Notes: generated by a model not told the origin, from the letters alone. DNA of 59,735 nt from Ignavibacteriota bacterium (GCA_041855325.1 JBHADY010000180.1:1-59735); one strand, 5' to 3'; counted from the first letter of the stretch, positions 38,667 to 48,786 are shown. Translations and numbers: made by a program.

Positions 38667-39842
38667 ATGAATACATTAAAACAAAGAGAGAGCGATTCTT
38701 TATTCCGCCTGTATAGGCGATACCCCATAGAAATAGAAAGTGCCACAGGTTGCACCATCACCGCGAAGGACGGAACCCAGTACCTCGACTTCCTTTCCGG
38801 TCTCTGCGTTAATGCCCTTGGTCATAGCAATGATAAAGTAATTGATGCCATTACTCGCCAAGTGCAGAAGTATATGCACGTGTCTAATTACTTATATCAA
38901 GAGCCACAAGTGCTTTTCGCTGAAAAGCTTAAGACATTAGCTAAGTATCATAAAGTTTTCCTCTGCAATTCCGGCACCGAAGCAAACGAAGGAGCTATGA
39001 AGCTGCTGCGTAGGCACGGGGCTTTGCGAGGAAAGACGGAAATTATAGCTTTCACTGGTGGCTTCCACGGTCGCACTATGGGCACTCTTTCGCTTATGGA
39101 TAAGCCCCATTACAAAGATAAGATGGGTCCATTCCTTGATAATATTCGAATTCTCCCATACAATGACGTCGATGCCCTCGAAGAGCATATTAATGAAAAC
39201 ACTGCGGGAGTGGTGCTGGAGTTTATTCAAGGCGAGGGAGGAGTAGTTCCTGCTTCTCCAGCTTTTATTCAAAAGATTTTTGAGCTGAAGGAGAAGAATT
39301 CATTCCTCGTCCTTGCGGATGAAATTCAAACTGGCGCTGGTCGCACCGGAAAGTTCTTCTCCTTCGAGCATTATGATGTTCGTGCAGATATAGTTACCAT
39401 GGCAAAAGCTATAGGCGGGGGACTTCCCCTCGGGGCTATACTCACTAGAAATAAGATAGCCGACACTTGGGAACTTGGCATGCACGGAACGACTTTCGGG
39501 GGCAATCCCCTTTCCTGCGTTGCCGGCTTAGTAGTTTTAGAGGAATTGGAAAATGGGCTTATGCATAACGTACAAAAGGTTGGCAAGTTCCTTCATTCTA
39601 AGCTATGCGATATAGCAAAAGCCTTCCCAGATTTCGTCAAGTCTGTGCGTGGCAAAGGTTTGCTACTCGGCTTGGAACTTTCCTTCGAAGCGAGTGAGTT
39701 AGTTTATGCCCTTTTTAAACGTGGGATTATCTCTAACGCGACAAATACAAATGTTTTAAGGATTATCCCTCCGCTTATTATCACTGAAGAAGAATGCGAT
39801 AGATTCGCAGAAGCTGTGTATGCTGAATTATCCAAACGATGA
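38667..39842 (+). CDS. argD: Class III PLP-dependent aminotransferase (acetylornithine aminotransferase-like)
   Basis: GHSNDKVIDAI, NSGTEANEGAMKL, LADEIQTGAGRTGKFF, and the TMAKAIGGGLP lysine motif. Confidence 0.8.
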   Translation: MNTLKQRESDSLFRLYRRYPIEIESATGCTITAKDGTQYLDFLSGLCVNALGHSNDKVIDAITRQVQKYMHVSNYLYQEPQVLFAEKLKTLAKYHKVFLCNSGTEANEGAMKLLRRHGALRGKTEIIAFTGGFHGRTMGTLSLMDKPHYKDKMGPFLDNIRILPYNDVDALEEHINENTAGVVLEFIQGEGGVVPASPAFIQKIFELKEKNSFLVLADEIQTGAGRTGKFFSFEHYDVRADIVTMAKAIGGGLPLGAILTRNKIADTWELGMHGTTFGGNPLSCVAGLVVLEELENGLMHNVQKVGKFLHSKLCDIAKAFPDFVKSVRGKGLLLGLELSFEASELVYALFKRGIISNATNTNVLRIIPPLIITEEECDRFAEAVYAELSKR

Positions 39843-39877
39843 TTCTATCTAAGCTATAATACTAGCTATATATACAA

Positions 39878-39909
39878 AGAAAGGAAATCGTAAAGGCGAT
39901 TTCCTTTCT
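39878..39909. terminator. Shared hairpin terminator between convergent argD and POT transporter genes
   Basis: Perfect 13-bp stem agaaaggaaatcg (39878-39890) / cgatttcctttct (39897-39909), loop 6 nt. The flanking U-runs are weak. Confidence 0.55.
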
Positions 39910-39934
39910 CGTAAATTTTCATATTTTTTATGGA

Positions 39935-41302
39935 TTAATCAGCGCCGTGCATTCTGCCGAGTAACCAACGGCTTAATAGCAATACTAATAAACCACAAAT
40001 ACCTACGAATACTGCAATACCAGAGAATATAGTCATTGCGCCGTATTGTTCTACGAAGCCCACTGCTATACCGCTGATGAAGTTTGCAATTGTAGATGAT
40101 AAATACCACACACCCATAAACATAGATGCAAGGCGAACTGGAGCCAGCTTAGTAACCATTGATAGACCAATAGGCGAGAGCATAAGCTCGCCGACTGTAT
40201 GCAGGAAGTATGTACCGATTAACCATAGCATACTTGCTTTCACTGTAACGTCTTCTACTTCGCCACCGCGTTCCATAACTGCACCAATCATAAATACGAA
40301 GCCCACTGCAAGAGCTATCATACCAAGTCCCATTTTCACAGGAGTTGATGGGTTCTTGCCTTTCTTTGCTAATGCCATCCACAAAGCAGAGAATACAGGA
40401 CCAAGGATAATGATGAAAATTGGATTCACAGCTTGTAGCCAAGAAGTAGGAACTTCCCAACCGAATACCACTTTATCAATATACTTATCTGTATAGAGGG
40501 TTAGGGTAGAGCCAGCTTGTTCGAATCCAGCCCAGAAGAATGTAACGAAGAATAAAAGAACGAGGATTACAGAGATTCTATCTTTTTCTACTTTTGTTAA
40601 AGGCTCTTTCTTAACTTCTACGCCTTTTTCTGCTTGTTCTTTTGCAATTGGCTTCTTGCCTATGTCGCCTAAGTACTTATTAGCACCGAGAACATAAACG
40701 ATTAAGCCCAATAGCATACCGATAGCAGCAACGAGGAAGCCATATTTGTATCCATAAGTTTCTCCGAAGAAACCGCAAACGATAGGCGCGAGGAATGCAC
40801 CGCCGTTGAATAACATATAATAGATAGTGAAGGCACTATCGCGTCTTTCGTCGCCCGGCTCGTAGAGGTCGCCAATCATAGTGGCAGCAGTCGGCTTAAA
40901 GAAGCCATTGCCTATGGCGACTAAGGTCAGACCAAGGAAGAAAATAACCTCTCCGGCATCCATAGCCAAAGAGAAATGACCAAACATAATAAACAAACCG
41001 CCGATAAGCACGGAGCGGCGTTTGCCTATGTACTTATCTGCCAAGATGCCACCGAAGAGAGGGAGCATATAGCACATTGCGGTGAAGATACCATATACAG
41101 TTCCGGCGAAACCATCGGAAAAGCCCAAACCGCCAAGGTGAGCTTTCGGGTTGCTTTCGATAACGTGGTTTGCCATATAAAGAATCAGGAAGGCACGCAT
41201 TCCGTAGTACGAGAAGCGTTCCCAAATCGAAGTGAAGGAAATGAGGTACAGTCCAGGTGGTTGTTTCATTTTCCCAGCTTCTATACTTGAAGTGTTACTC
41301 AT
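39935..41302 (-). CDS. Proton-dependent oligopeptide transporter (POT/PTR2 family di-/tripeptide permease)
   Basis: ERFSYYGMRAFLILYM and GGILADKYIGKRRSVLIGG PTR2 signature motifs. Polytopic, 455 aa. Confidence 0.85.
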   Translation of the reverse strand: MSNTSSIEAGKMKQPPGLYLISFTSIWERFSYYGMRAFLILYMANHVIESNPKAHLGGLGFSDGFAGTVYGIFTAMCYMLPLFGGILADKYIGKRRSVLIGGLFIMFGHFSLAMDAGEVIFFLGLTLVAIGNGFFKPTAATMIGDLYEPGDERRDSAFTIYYMLFNGGAFLAPIVCGFFGETYGYKYGFLVAAIGMLLGLIVYVLGANKYLGDIGKKPIAKEQAEKGVEVKKEPLTKVEKDRISVILVLLFFVTFFWAGFEQAGSTLTLYTDKYIDKVVFGWEVPTSWLQAVNPIFIIILGPVFSALWMALAKKGKNPSTPVKMGLGMIALAVGFVFMIGAVMERGGEVEDVTVKASMLWLIGTYFLHTVGELMLSPIGLSMVTKLAPVRLASMFMGVWYLSSTIANFISGIAVGFVEQYGAMTIFSGIAVFVGICGLLVLLLSRWLLGRMHGAD

Positions 41303-41486
41303 AAGATTTTATATAGTGAAATAAACAAAAGAACGCAAATTAATAAATTTTCAGCAATTATATAGGACTTAGCCACTATATTTGCTCGCGAAAAATATAG
41401 TTTTTCAGTTTTATTCAGTATTTTTTTCAATATGTGGAAAAAATAACGTAATTTTGCAATCTTATATAAGTATGTAATGAGTAATT

Positions 41487-42452
41487 ATGTCCAAAAACAA
41501 TAGCAAAGGATTAGGCAAAGGATTAGGAGCGCTGCTCCCAAGCACGATTGAAACATCTGCCGATGGCTTTAAGTTCGTTCCAAAAGAGGGGCAAGTGCCA
41601 GAGGGAGAGAACAAAGTTCTCGAGACTCCTATGATTCGCATCGATAGCATTGTGCTTAATCAATATCAGCCACGTAAGGAATTCGACCCTGAAGAGCTCG
41701 AAGACCTGAAGGACTCCATTATTGAAAATGGGGTAATCCAAGCTATTACCGTTAGACCTATTCCCGATGGATATGAACTCATCTCTGGCGAGAGAAGACT
41801 TCGCGCTTCCAAACTCGCAGGACTTGAGACTATCCCGGCTCATATCATACGCGTAGAAACTGACCTCGAACTAATGGCACTCGCCTTAGTCGAAAACTTG
41901 CAGAGAAGCGACCTAAACCCAATAGAAATCGCTAACGCATATAAGCGAATGATAGAAGATTGCCAGCTGACGCACGATGAGGTATCCAAACGCGTAGGGA
42001 AGGAACGTGCAACAGTTACTAATTCACTGCGATTATTGAACTTACCGCCACGCATTCAAGATTCACTAAGAAATAGAGAGATATCCAACGGACACGCAAA
42101 AGCACTGCTCGCTCTGCATTCTCCACAGAATATGGTGCTTGCTTGGCAGGAGATTATGCAGAAAGAGCTATCCGTGCGAGCAACAGAGGCACTCGTTCGC
42201 GATATAAACGAAGGACGCTTCAGCTCGGCGATGGACACTCCGAAGAAGCCACGCAAACCAAAAGAATTACCTGCCGATATACAAGCGGTAATCGAAGAAA
42301 AACAGAATTACCTGCGGCATATATTCGGCACACAAGTGCGAATACTCCCTAAGGATAAAAAATCCGGAAAGATAGAAATAGAGTTCTACTCTCCGGACGA
42401 TATGGAACGCATACTCGATATAATAGCCCACAGCTCCAATAATGAGCAATAA
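41487..42452 (+). CDS. parB: Chromosome partitioning protein ParB/Spo0J
   Basis: N-terminal KGLGKGLGALL. ParB box QPRKEFDPEELEDLKDSI and GERRLRASKLAGLETIPA. HTH LTHDEVSKRVGKERATVTNSLRLL. No parA/soj upstream. Confidence 0.9.
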   Translation: MSKNNSKGLGKGLGALLPSTIETSADGFKFVPKEGQVPEGENKVLETPMIRIDSIVLNQYQPRKEFDPEELEDLKDSIIENGVIQAITVRPIPDGYELISGERRLRASKLAGLETIPAHIIRVETDLELMALALVENLQRSDLNPIEIANAYKRMIEDCQLTHDEVSKRVGKERATVTNSLRLLNLPPRIQDSLRNREISNGHAKALLALHSPQNMVLAWQEIMQKELSVRATEALVRDINEGRFSSAMDTPKKPRKPKELPADIQAVIEEKQNYLRHIFGTQVRILPKDKKSGKIEIEFYSPDDMERILDIIAHSSNNEQ

Positions 42453-42611
42453 GCTAAATTGCGTCTATGTTTCAATTATCTATATAATTTATATTACTAA
42501 TATCTAGCTGCACTGCTAGTATTCGTAAACATTATTTACAAACATTTGTATGAAACCCTTAGTCGCTTAAGGCGTAATACGCCTAATTAGTATTAAGAGA
42601 TAGTTTAATAG

Positions 42612-43016
42612 ATGAAAAGCAGCATTTCTCATAACTTTGCCTTGCGATTTATGTCCTTTCTGCTCGCTATCGGTGTACTACTTCAAGTGCATAATAGCGT
42701 GGTAAATGGGCACTATCATCTTATTAACAATAGCGGATTAGTCTATCACTTTCACCCTCTGACCGCTGCCGAAAGAGCAAATAATGATGGTAGTTTGCCG
42801 ATTCAATCGCACAACCACACTCCCGAAAAGCTATTAATCATATTTCTATACAATACCTCACTTGTAAGCACAGTGGTATTCATTGCCTTCTTTACGAATG
42901 TAAGTTACTTTGTGGCTAAGCGATTACTCCACTTAGCAATAAACTGCATTCGCCTGCTGAAGCTGCACAGAATACCCGTACTGCGTGCGCCCCCGCGTAT
43001 TTCTTTCTCCTACTAA
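42612..43016 (+). CDS. Hypothetical His-rich small membrane protein
   Basis: 134-aa ORF. One N-terminal and one central hydrophobic segment. Many His residues in the first ~70 aa (HNSVVNGHYHLINNSGLVYHFHPL...QSHNH). Same strand as the TBDR gene and 119 nt upstream of it. Coding status unverified. Confidence 0.35.
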   Translation: MKSSISHNFALRFMSFLLAIGVLLQVHNSVVNGHYHLINNSGLVYHFHPLTAAERANNDGSLPIQSHNHTPEKLLIIFLYNTSLVSTVVFIAFFTNVSYFVAKRLLHLAINCIRLLKLHRIPVLRAPPRISFSY

Positions 43017-43038
43017 CAAGTTATATATGTAAATTTAT

Positions 43039-43052
43039 TATGTGATCACATA
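43039..43052. promoter_or_regulatory. Perfect 14-bp palindrome TATGTGATCACATA upstream of the TBDR gene (candidate operator)
   Basis: Self-complementary 14-mer read directly from the sequence, about 85 nt upstream of the ATG at 43136. Contains TGTGA/TCACA half sites. Confidence 0.3.
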
Positions 43053-43135
43053 TTCGTATGTGTTTGATATCTTATTGATTATTCTAATTTTTAACACTTT
43101 AATTAACATAACAAACTAATACAGAAAGAAATATA

Positions 43136-45463
43136 ATGAACTTAATAAATAGAATTAGCATAGTTGTTTTTATGCTACTCACTCTTAGCGTTAGTGCTAT
43201 GGCGCACTATCATACTCTAGGTGGTATTGTGAAAAGTGAAAAGAATGGCAAGCCACTATTCGGGGCTACAGTAACTGTTCAAAACACTGCTCTCGGCGCG
43301 AAAACTAAAAACGATGGTACCTTCATCATCAAAAAGATGCACAAAGGCGAGTATATCATCACTTTCTCTTTTGTGGGATATGAAACAAAGAAATACAAAG
43401 TAACTATTGAACCAAATGACGAACGCGACCTCGATATGGGCGAAGTAGTTCTAAAGGAATCTGAAGTATTGGCTTCTCCTATCGTAGTTACTGCTACTCG
43501 TAGCGAAAAAGTATATGAAGACGTTCCTGTGAAGATCTCGGTCCTCGATAACCGCATCTTCGAACGTACTGCATCTATCTCTTTAAAAGAAGGTCTCGGC
43601 TTCCAGCCTGCACTTAGAATTGAAACTAATTGCCAAAACTGCGGTTATTCGCAAATCAGACTGAACGGATTAGAAGGCAAATATGCGCAAATTCTAATCG
43701 ACGGTCGCCCTGTATTTTCTGCTCTGAATAGCGTTTATGGTCTTGACCAGCTCCCTACTAATATGATCGACAGAGTAGAAGTTATGCGCGGCGGTGGCTC
43801 CGCTCTCTATGGCGGCAATGCTATCGCAGGCGTTGTAAATATTATCACTAAATTACCATCAAATAATGAATTTAGCTTAGACGTTAATAATTCATTTACC
43901 GATTTCAAGACACCCGACAGAAATATAAATTTCAATACTTCATTAGTTAATAATGATCAAGATCTAGGATTAAGCATTTATGCTAACTCCCACAGCAGAA
44001 ACGCATGGGACGCAAATGGCGACGGATTCACTGAATTAACAGACCTACAAGTGAAATCTCTCGGAGCGAACTTATTCTATAAACCAAGCTACCTAAGCAC
44101 TATCAAAGCTGGATATCAATCTACTTACCACAAAACAAGAGGCGGTAACTTATTGGCTCTCGCTCCACACGAAACAGACATCACAGAGCAAATCTCTCAT
44201 AATACTCAGCTTTACTCTCTGCAATATGAACAGTACATAGGCGGAACAAGCGATAAATTCTCGGCTTATGCTTCATACCAAGATACAAAGAGAAATAGCT
44301 ACTACGGCACAAATAAAGATCCAAATGCTTATGGCTATACTGATAACAATACTCTCGCTGCTGGCGTGCAATATAACCACATTATCGATGACTTCCTCGG
44401 TGTGCACGTGCTAACTGCTGGTTATGAATTTAACCGCGATTACATCTTCGACAATATGACTGGATACAAGAGAGTAGTTGACCAAACTTCCCAAACTCAC
44501 GGCGTGTACTTACAAGATGACTGGGAAATCGCTAAAGAACTCGACATCGTGCTTGGCGCAAGAGTAGATAAAAACAACTTCATCGATAAAGCTGTGATTA
44601 TCCCTCGCGCAAACATACTCTATAAGCCTATTAAAGACTTATCTATCCGCGGTACTTTCTCCACTGGTTACAGAGCTCCGCAAGCATTCGACGAAGACTT
44701 ACACATCGAATTCGTAGGCGGAACTGTGAAAATGATTACTAACAGCAAAGACCTAAAACCTGAGTACTCTAACTCATTCTCTTTCTCTGCTGACTATTCA
44801 TTCAGAATCGCTGACTTCCCAATGGCTATTAGCGGCGAATTTTTCAGAACTCAAATCGACGACGCATTCGCTCTCGAAGATAGAGGCACAAACCCAGACG
44901 GTACTGTTATCTCTGAAAGAATTAATGCTAGCTCTGCGAAAGTAACTGGCGGAACTATCGAACTGCAAGCACAACTTTCTTCTATGTTCAACCTAAAGAC
45001 TGGTTACACTCTGCAAGAAAGCAAATACAACCAAGCTATCGTATGGCTCGATGCTGACGAAAAAAACGGAGTTGCTGAGCAGTCAAGCGACCTTATCCTT
45101 CGTACCCCTAACCAATACGGCTTCTTCACTCTGAACTCGCAAATCACTGATAACTTCGACATTGACCTTTCTGGTATCATCACTGGCGAAATGTACACTC
45201 CTCACTACGCTGGCGGTATCCTTCCAAGCGGCGAAGAAAACACTAAAAACGAACTCGTGAAGACTCCTACTTTCTTCGAATTAAATGCGAAAGCTTGCTA
45301 TAAGTTCTCTTCTTACCCAGACTTCGAGCTTTACCTTGGTGTGCAAAACGTACTTAACCAATACCAAAGCGACTTCGACCGCGGCGTAAATAGAGACTCT
45401 GGTTATATCTATGGTCCTGGCAGACCTCGCACTATTTACGGTGGCGTGAAGCTAAGAGTATAA
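43136..45463 (+). CDS. TonB-dependent receptor with CarboxypepD_reg-like N-terminal domain
   Basis: Signal peptide. GGIVKSEKNGKPLFGATVTV...GEYIITFSFVGY. Plug motifs VVTATRSE, IRLNGLEGKYAQILIDGRP, VEVMRGGGSALYGGNAIAGVVNIIT. 775 aa beta-barrel. Confidence 0.85.
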   Translation: MNLINRISIVVFMLLTLSVSAMAHYHTLGGIVKSEKNGKPLFGATVTVQNTALGAKTKNDGTFIIKKMHKGEYIITFSFVGYETKKYKVTIEPNDERDLDMGEVVLKESEVLASPIVVTATRSEKVYEDVPVKISVLDNRIFERTASISLKEGLGFQPALRIETNCQNCGYSQIRLNGLEGKYAQILIDGRPVFSALNSVYGLDQLPTNMIDRVEVMRGGGSALYGGNAIAGVVNIITKLPSNNEFSLDVNNSFTDFKTPDRNINFNTSLVNNDQDLGLSIYANSHSRNAWDANGDGFTELTDLQVKSLGANLFYKPSYLSTIKAGYQSTYHKTRGGNLLALAPHETDITEQISHNTQLYSLQYEQYIGGTSDKFSAYASYQDTKRNSYYGTNKDPNAYGYTDNNTLAAGVQYNHIIDDFLGVHVLTAGYEFNRDYIFDNMTGYKRVVDQTSQTHGVYLQDDWEIAKELDIVLGARVDKNNFIDKAVIIPRANILYKPIKDLSIRGTFSTGYRAPQAFDEDLHIEFVGGTVKMITNSKDLKPEYSNSFSFSADYSFRIADFPMAISGEFFRTQIDDAFALEDRGTNPDGTVISERINASSAKVTGGTIELQAQLSSMFNLKTGYTLQESKYNQAIVWLDADEKNGVAEQSSDLILRTPNQYGFFTLNSQITDNFDIDLSGIITGEMYTPHYAGGILPSGEENTKNELVKTPTFFELNAKACYKFSSYPDFELYLGVQNVLNQYQSDFDRGVNRDSGYIYGPGRPRTIYGGVKLRV

Positions 45464-45508
45464 TAGATATTTATATGAATTTAGTTTTCTCCAATAAATG
45501 ATACAAAT

Positions 45509-45553
45509 AGAGGGCTGCTCCTTTCGCGGGACAGCCCTCTTTAATTTTTTTTT
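45509..45553 (+). terminator. Rho-independent terminator after the TBDR gene
   Basis: Stem agagggctg (45509-45517) / cagccctct (45532-45540), followed by tt aa ttttttttt. Confidence 0.8.
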
Positions 45554-45643
45554 ACAATAATAGATAATAAGCTACGTCTAAGCACTTGAGAATATATCTT
45601 TTCATTTTATTATGTTCTTAAAATTAGATGAAATTAATAATTA

Positions 45644-45673
45644 GAGGGTTGCTTAGCTCGGTTAGCAACCCTC
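45644..45673 (-). terminator. Hairpin terminator downstream of the Type IIG gene
   Basis: Perfect 10-bp stem gagggttgct (45644-45653) / agcaaccctc (45664-45673), loop 10 nt. Located 35 nt after the minus-strand stop at 45709. Confidence 0.55.
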
Positions 45674-45708
45674 GCTTTATATAAGCTAACTTATTCTATA
45701 TTAAGAAG

Positions 45709-48700
45709 TTACGCTTCTACTATCTTTATTTCATCTTCGCTTAAGCCGTATAGATCATATACCATAGCGTCTATGGTTTTGTCCGTGCTTTCTATCTCGT
45801 CTTTCAGGGCTTTGGCTTCGCCTTTGTATTGCCTAAAGAGCAGTAGCCACTCTTGAAGTTTGCTCACCGATGTTTTTTGCTCTATTTTTTTTATAAACTC
45901 ATTCTCGCTCTTGTCGAACACATCATTCTTTACTTCAACATTAAGCGTAGTCTTCATTAAGTCCACGAATTTTTGCACTTTTTCCTGCAGCTGTTTATTC
46001 AGCTTCAGCATTTTATCTGCGAGGGAGATGAAGGGGGCTTGTTCCTCTGGAGAGAGAGCTTTTATAGGTAAATTTCTAACATCTCTTATAAGAATTTTTG
46101 GGAATAATCCTTTTTTTGCTTTTGGCGATGTTTTGTTATGCAACCAGCCTATAATTTTAGAATTTAGTATTGCTAATAAATATTTTAGATCTAAAACATT
46201 ATTTTCATCAATTATATTAATTATTGATGGAGTATTATAATACTCTTCTTCTGTATAGCAACATAATAATCTTTCAGACGTAATTTCTCTTATTAACACT
46301 CTTGGATTTTTAAAGAACTTCTCCTCTCTTGGAGCAGCAAGCCATTCGCCATAACTAATCCAACTTTCACCGTTCCATTCGATATTGTATCTAGTTACAT
46401 CTTTTCCTGCTAACTCTTTTTTATAAGTTTTATCTTTTTGATAATTAGTATGCCATATTCTATTATTAATGGTTTCTTCATCATGTCCTCTATATTGATC
46501 ATAAGGAATTAACCCCTGAGATACCGTAAAATAATTATTAAGTGTAGTATTATTTCTTATTTTTCTAATTACTTCTGCATCTTCATTATACAGATGGAAT
46601 AGAGCTAGAATATTTGTACAATTTGTAATTAATTCTGCTTTAGTTACTGTACTAAAATTGGTGAACTCTTCATTGTTAATACGAGTAAGATTTGTACTAT
46701 ACTCTTCATTTATTTCTCTTCTTAATGCTACTATACATGTTCTAACCTTAGCATCTATAAAAGTATTATCAGTAGAAAGGTCAGTGATAAGTTCAATTGT
46801 ACTATTATTTATTAATTCATTTCTATATCTCTCACCGTATAAATTTGATAGAAATGTATTAGGAAATATATACGACAGATAACCGTTATTTTTCAAAATT
46901 TTTTTATATAAAGAAATGAAATAAATATAAGCTTCATAATCTGGCACTAAGTCATCATATTGTCTTAAGTATTCTTTTTCATTATTTTTAAACGTTATCC
47001 CATACGGCGGATTTCCTATTACTACGTCGAAGCCACCGTTTTGCATAATGTCTGGGAATTCAGAGTTCCAGTCGAATGCCTTTTCGCCGGCTACTTCGGG
47101 GTCGCTTATTAGGGAGTTCCCGCATTTTATGTTGTTCGATAGCTTGCTTAGCTTTCTTCCTTGCTTTGCAGTGCGCAACCATAGCGAGAGCTTGGCGATT
47201 TCCACGCTTTCCTCGTTTATATCCACGCCGAATATATTTTGTTCGAGCACTTTTTTCTCTATCTCGGTGAATTCTAATCCCGCGCCACCTGTGGCTAATT
47301 CATTTTTTAGTTCGTCCAAGCTTTTGTGTTCTTCTATTAGAAAGCTTAGGGCTTCGTTCAGGAAGGCTCCGGAGCCACACGCGGGGTCTAATATCTTCAG
47401 CGTGAGCAGCCATTCCCGGTAGCTATCAATTATTATTTCATATTCTCTTTTTTGAGCTTTTATTGTTTTATTATCTTTTTTGCCTTTTAATTCAGCTATA
47501 TTCTGCTCTAATTCATTCCATTTAAGCTCATTTTTCTTTTCTTGGCAGAGCTTTCCTATTGTATTTTCTACTATGTAGTGTGTGATGTATTTAGCTGTAT
47601 AGAAAATACCGTATTGATTACGTATTCCATTGTTTTTTGCTTTTTTCTTTCCGTTTTGCTCAGCCTTTTTTTTATCATTTTCCCCCAGGGACTGCTCGAA
47701 AATATGCCCGAGAATATTTACGTCTACTTCGCTTTCGTAGTCATATTTAATCAATACATTGCAATTGTCTTTCAGCACTTTATCAGAAATAACGATGTTA
47801 TCGAGGACGTCGTCCTCAGCGAAGAGCCCCCCATTGTAATCGAATATGTGCGGCTGCATTCTGTCGTTCCCGCTGTTAATGAAGCCGAACCATTTTTTAA
47901 ACACAGAGTATAGATCATCGCAGAACTGCATTTTGTAGCTATCTTCGAATGTTTTCAGCATATTAGCAATTGTATTTACGGGCAATAATCCTCTTCTTTC
48001 TGCAAATAATATAAACAGTATTCTGTCTATCAGCTTTTGTGTTTTTTTGTACAGAACTTGTTTATCTAGATCGGGGTTATTTGTTACTATATCTTCGTAT
48101 AATGCTTTTTTGAATGCAGAGTAGTCGGCATATAGTTTATTTGTAATATCTACTTCATTTCCCTGGGTTTTTTCATATATATCCAATAAAACCCCATTTT
48201 TCATTCCCTGGAATGAAAGCAGTATATATAGCTCATAGAACTTTTCTTTATCGAGATTGAACAGATTATATTCTTCGTAGTCTATTTTATAATCTACGTA
48301 TATTCTTAGAGTTTCAAAGTTAGAAATAATAACTATTCTGCAACCTTTGTGATTATTTTTATAATCAAACCCCTGTTTAGTTACTTCATTAATATTTTTA
48401 GTTTTTGTGCTTTTTAATTCAATAACTGCAGCTACTTTATCATCGATATAAATAGCGCCGTCAGCTCGCCCTGCGTCTGATACGTTTTTTTCTTCGATAC
48501 TTATATTATGGTTTTTATCAGGAGCGAGTTTATGCCCAAGGACATTTACAAATAGATCAGTTAGGAAAGTAATGTAGTACTGCCTTTCGTTTAAATTACG
48601 AATAGTATTTTGGCGTTCTTTATCTAACAGTTTTTCTTTATATACTTCCCATTGTTTATCTAATATGCCTTTTTCAGCTTTGGCAATATATTCCTTTACT

Positions 48701-48744
48701 AAGCTCTTCTGTAGTAGTTTCTTATTATCATTTATACTACTCAT
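45709..48744 (-). CDS. Single-chain Type IIG/IIL restriction-modification enzyme (N-terminal PD-ExK nuclease plus gamma-class N6-adenine methyltransferase plus C-terminal TRD)
   Basis: N-terminal nuclease-like motif RADGAIYIDDKVAAVIELKSTK (D...ExK, comparable to the MmeI-type VDLF...IEMKS). MTase motif I ILDPACGSGAFL and motif IV VVIGNPPYG. About 300-aa variable region after NPPY. C-terminal YDLYGLSEDEIKIVE ending common in Eco57I/MmeI-like enzymes. 1011 aa. Confidence 0.75.
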   Translation of the reverse strand: MSSINDNKKLLQKSLVKEYIAKAEKGILDKQWEVYKEKLLDKERQNTIRNLNERQYYITFLTDLFVNVLGHKLAPDKNHNISIEEKNVSDAGRADGAIYIDDKVAAVIELKSTKTKNINEVTKQGFDYKNNHKGCRIVIISNFETLRIYVDYKIDYEEYNLFNLDKEKFYELYILLSFQGMKNGVLLDIYEKTQGNEVDITNKLYADYSAFKKALYEDIVTNNPDLDKQVLYKKTQKLIDRILFILFAERRGLLPVNTIANMLKTFEDSYKMQFCDDLYSVFKKWFGFINSGNDRMQPHIFDYNGGLFAEDDVLDNIVISDKVLKDNCNVLIKYDYESEVDVNILGHIFEQSLGENDKKKAEQNGKKKAKNNGIRNQYGIFYTAKYITHYIVENTIGKLCQEKKNELKWNELEQNIAELKGKKDNKTIKAQKREYEIIIDSYREWLLTLKILDPACGSGAFLNEALSFLIEEHKSLDELKNELATGGAGLEFTEIEKKVLEQNIFGVDINEESVEIAKLSLWLRTAKQGRKLSKLSNNIKCGNSLISDPEVAGEKAFDWNSEFPDIMQNGGFDVVIGNPPYGITFKNNEKEYLRQYDDLVPDYEAYIYFISLYKKILKNNGYLSYIFPNTFLSNLYGERYRNELINNSTIELITDLSTDNTFIDAKVRTCIVALRREINEEYSTNLTRINNEEFTNFSTVTKAELITNCTNILALFHLYNEDAEVIRKIRNNTTLNNYFTVSQGLIPYDQYRGHDEETINNRIWHTNYQKDKTYKKELAGKDVTRYNIEWNGESWISYGEWLAAPREEKFFKNPRVLIREITSERLLCCYTEEEYYNTPSIINIIDENNVLDLKYLLAILNSKIIGWLHNKTSPKAKKGLFPKILIRDVRNLPIKALSPEEQAPFISLADKMLKLNKQLQEKVQKFVDLMKTTLNVEVKNDVFDKSENEFIKKIEQKTSVSKLQEWLLLFRQYKGEAKALKDEIESTDKTIDAMVYDLYGLSEDEIKIVEA

Positions 48745-48786
48745 ATTTCCTCCAAATATCTAATAATATATTAATTTGATGTATTT

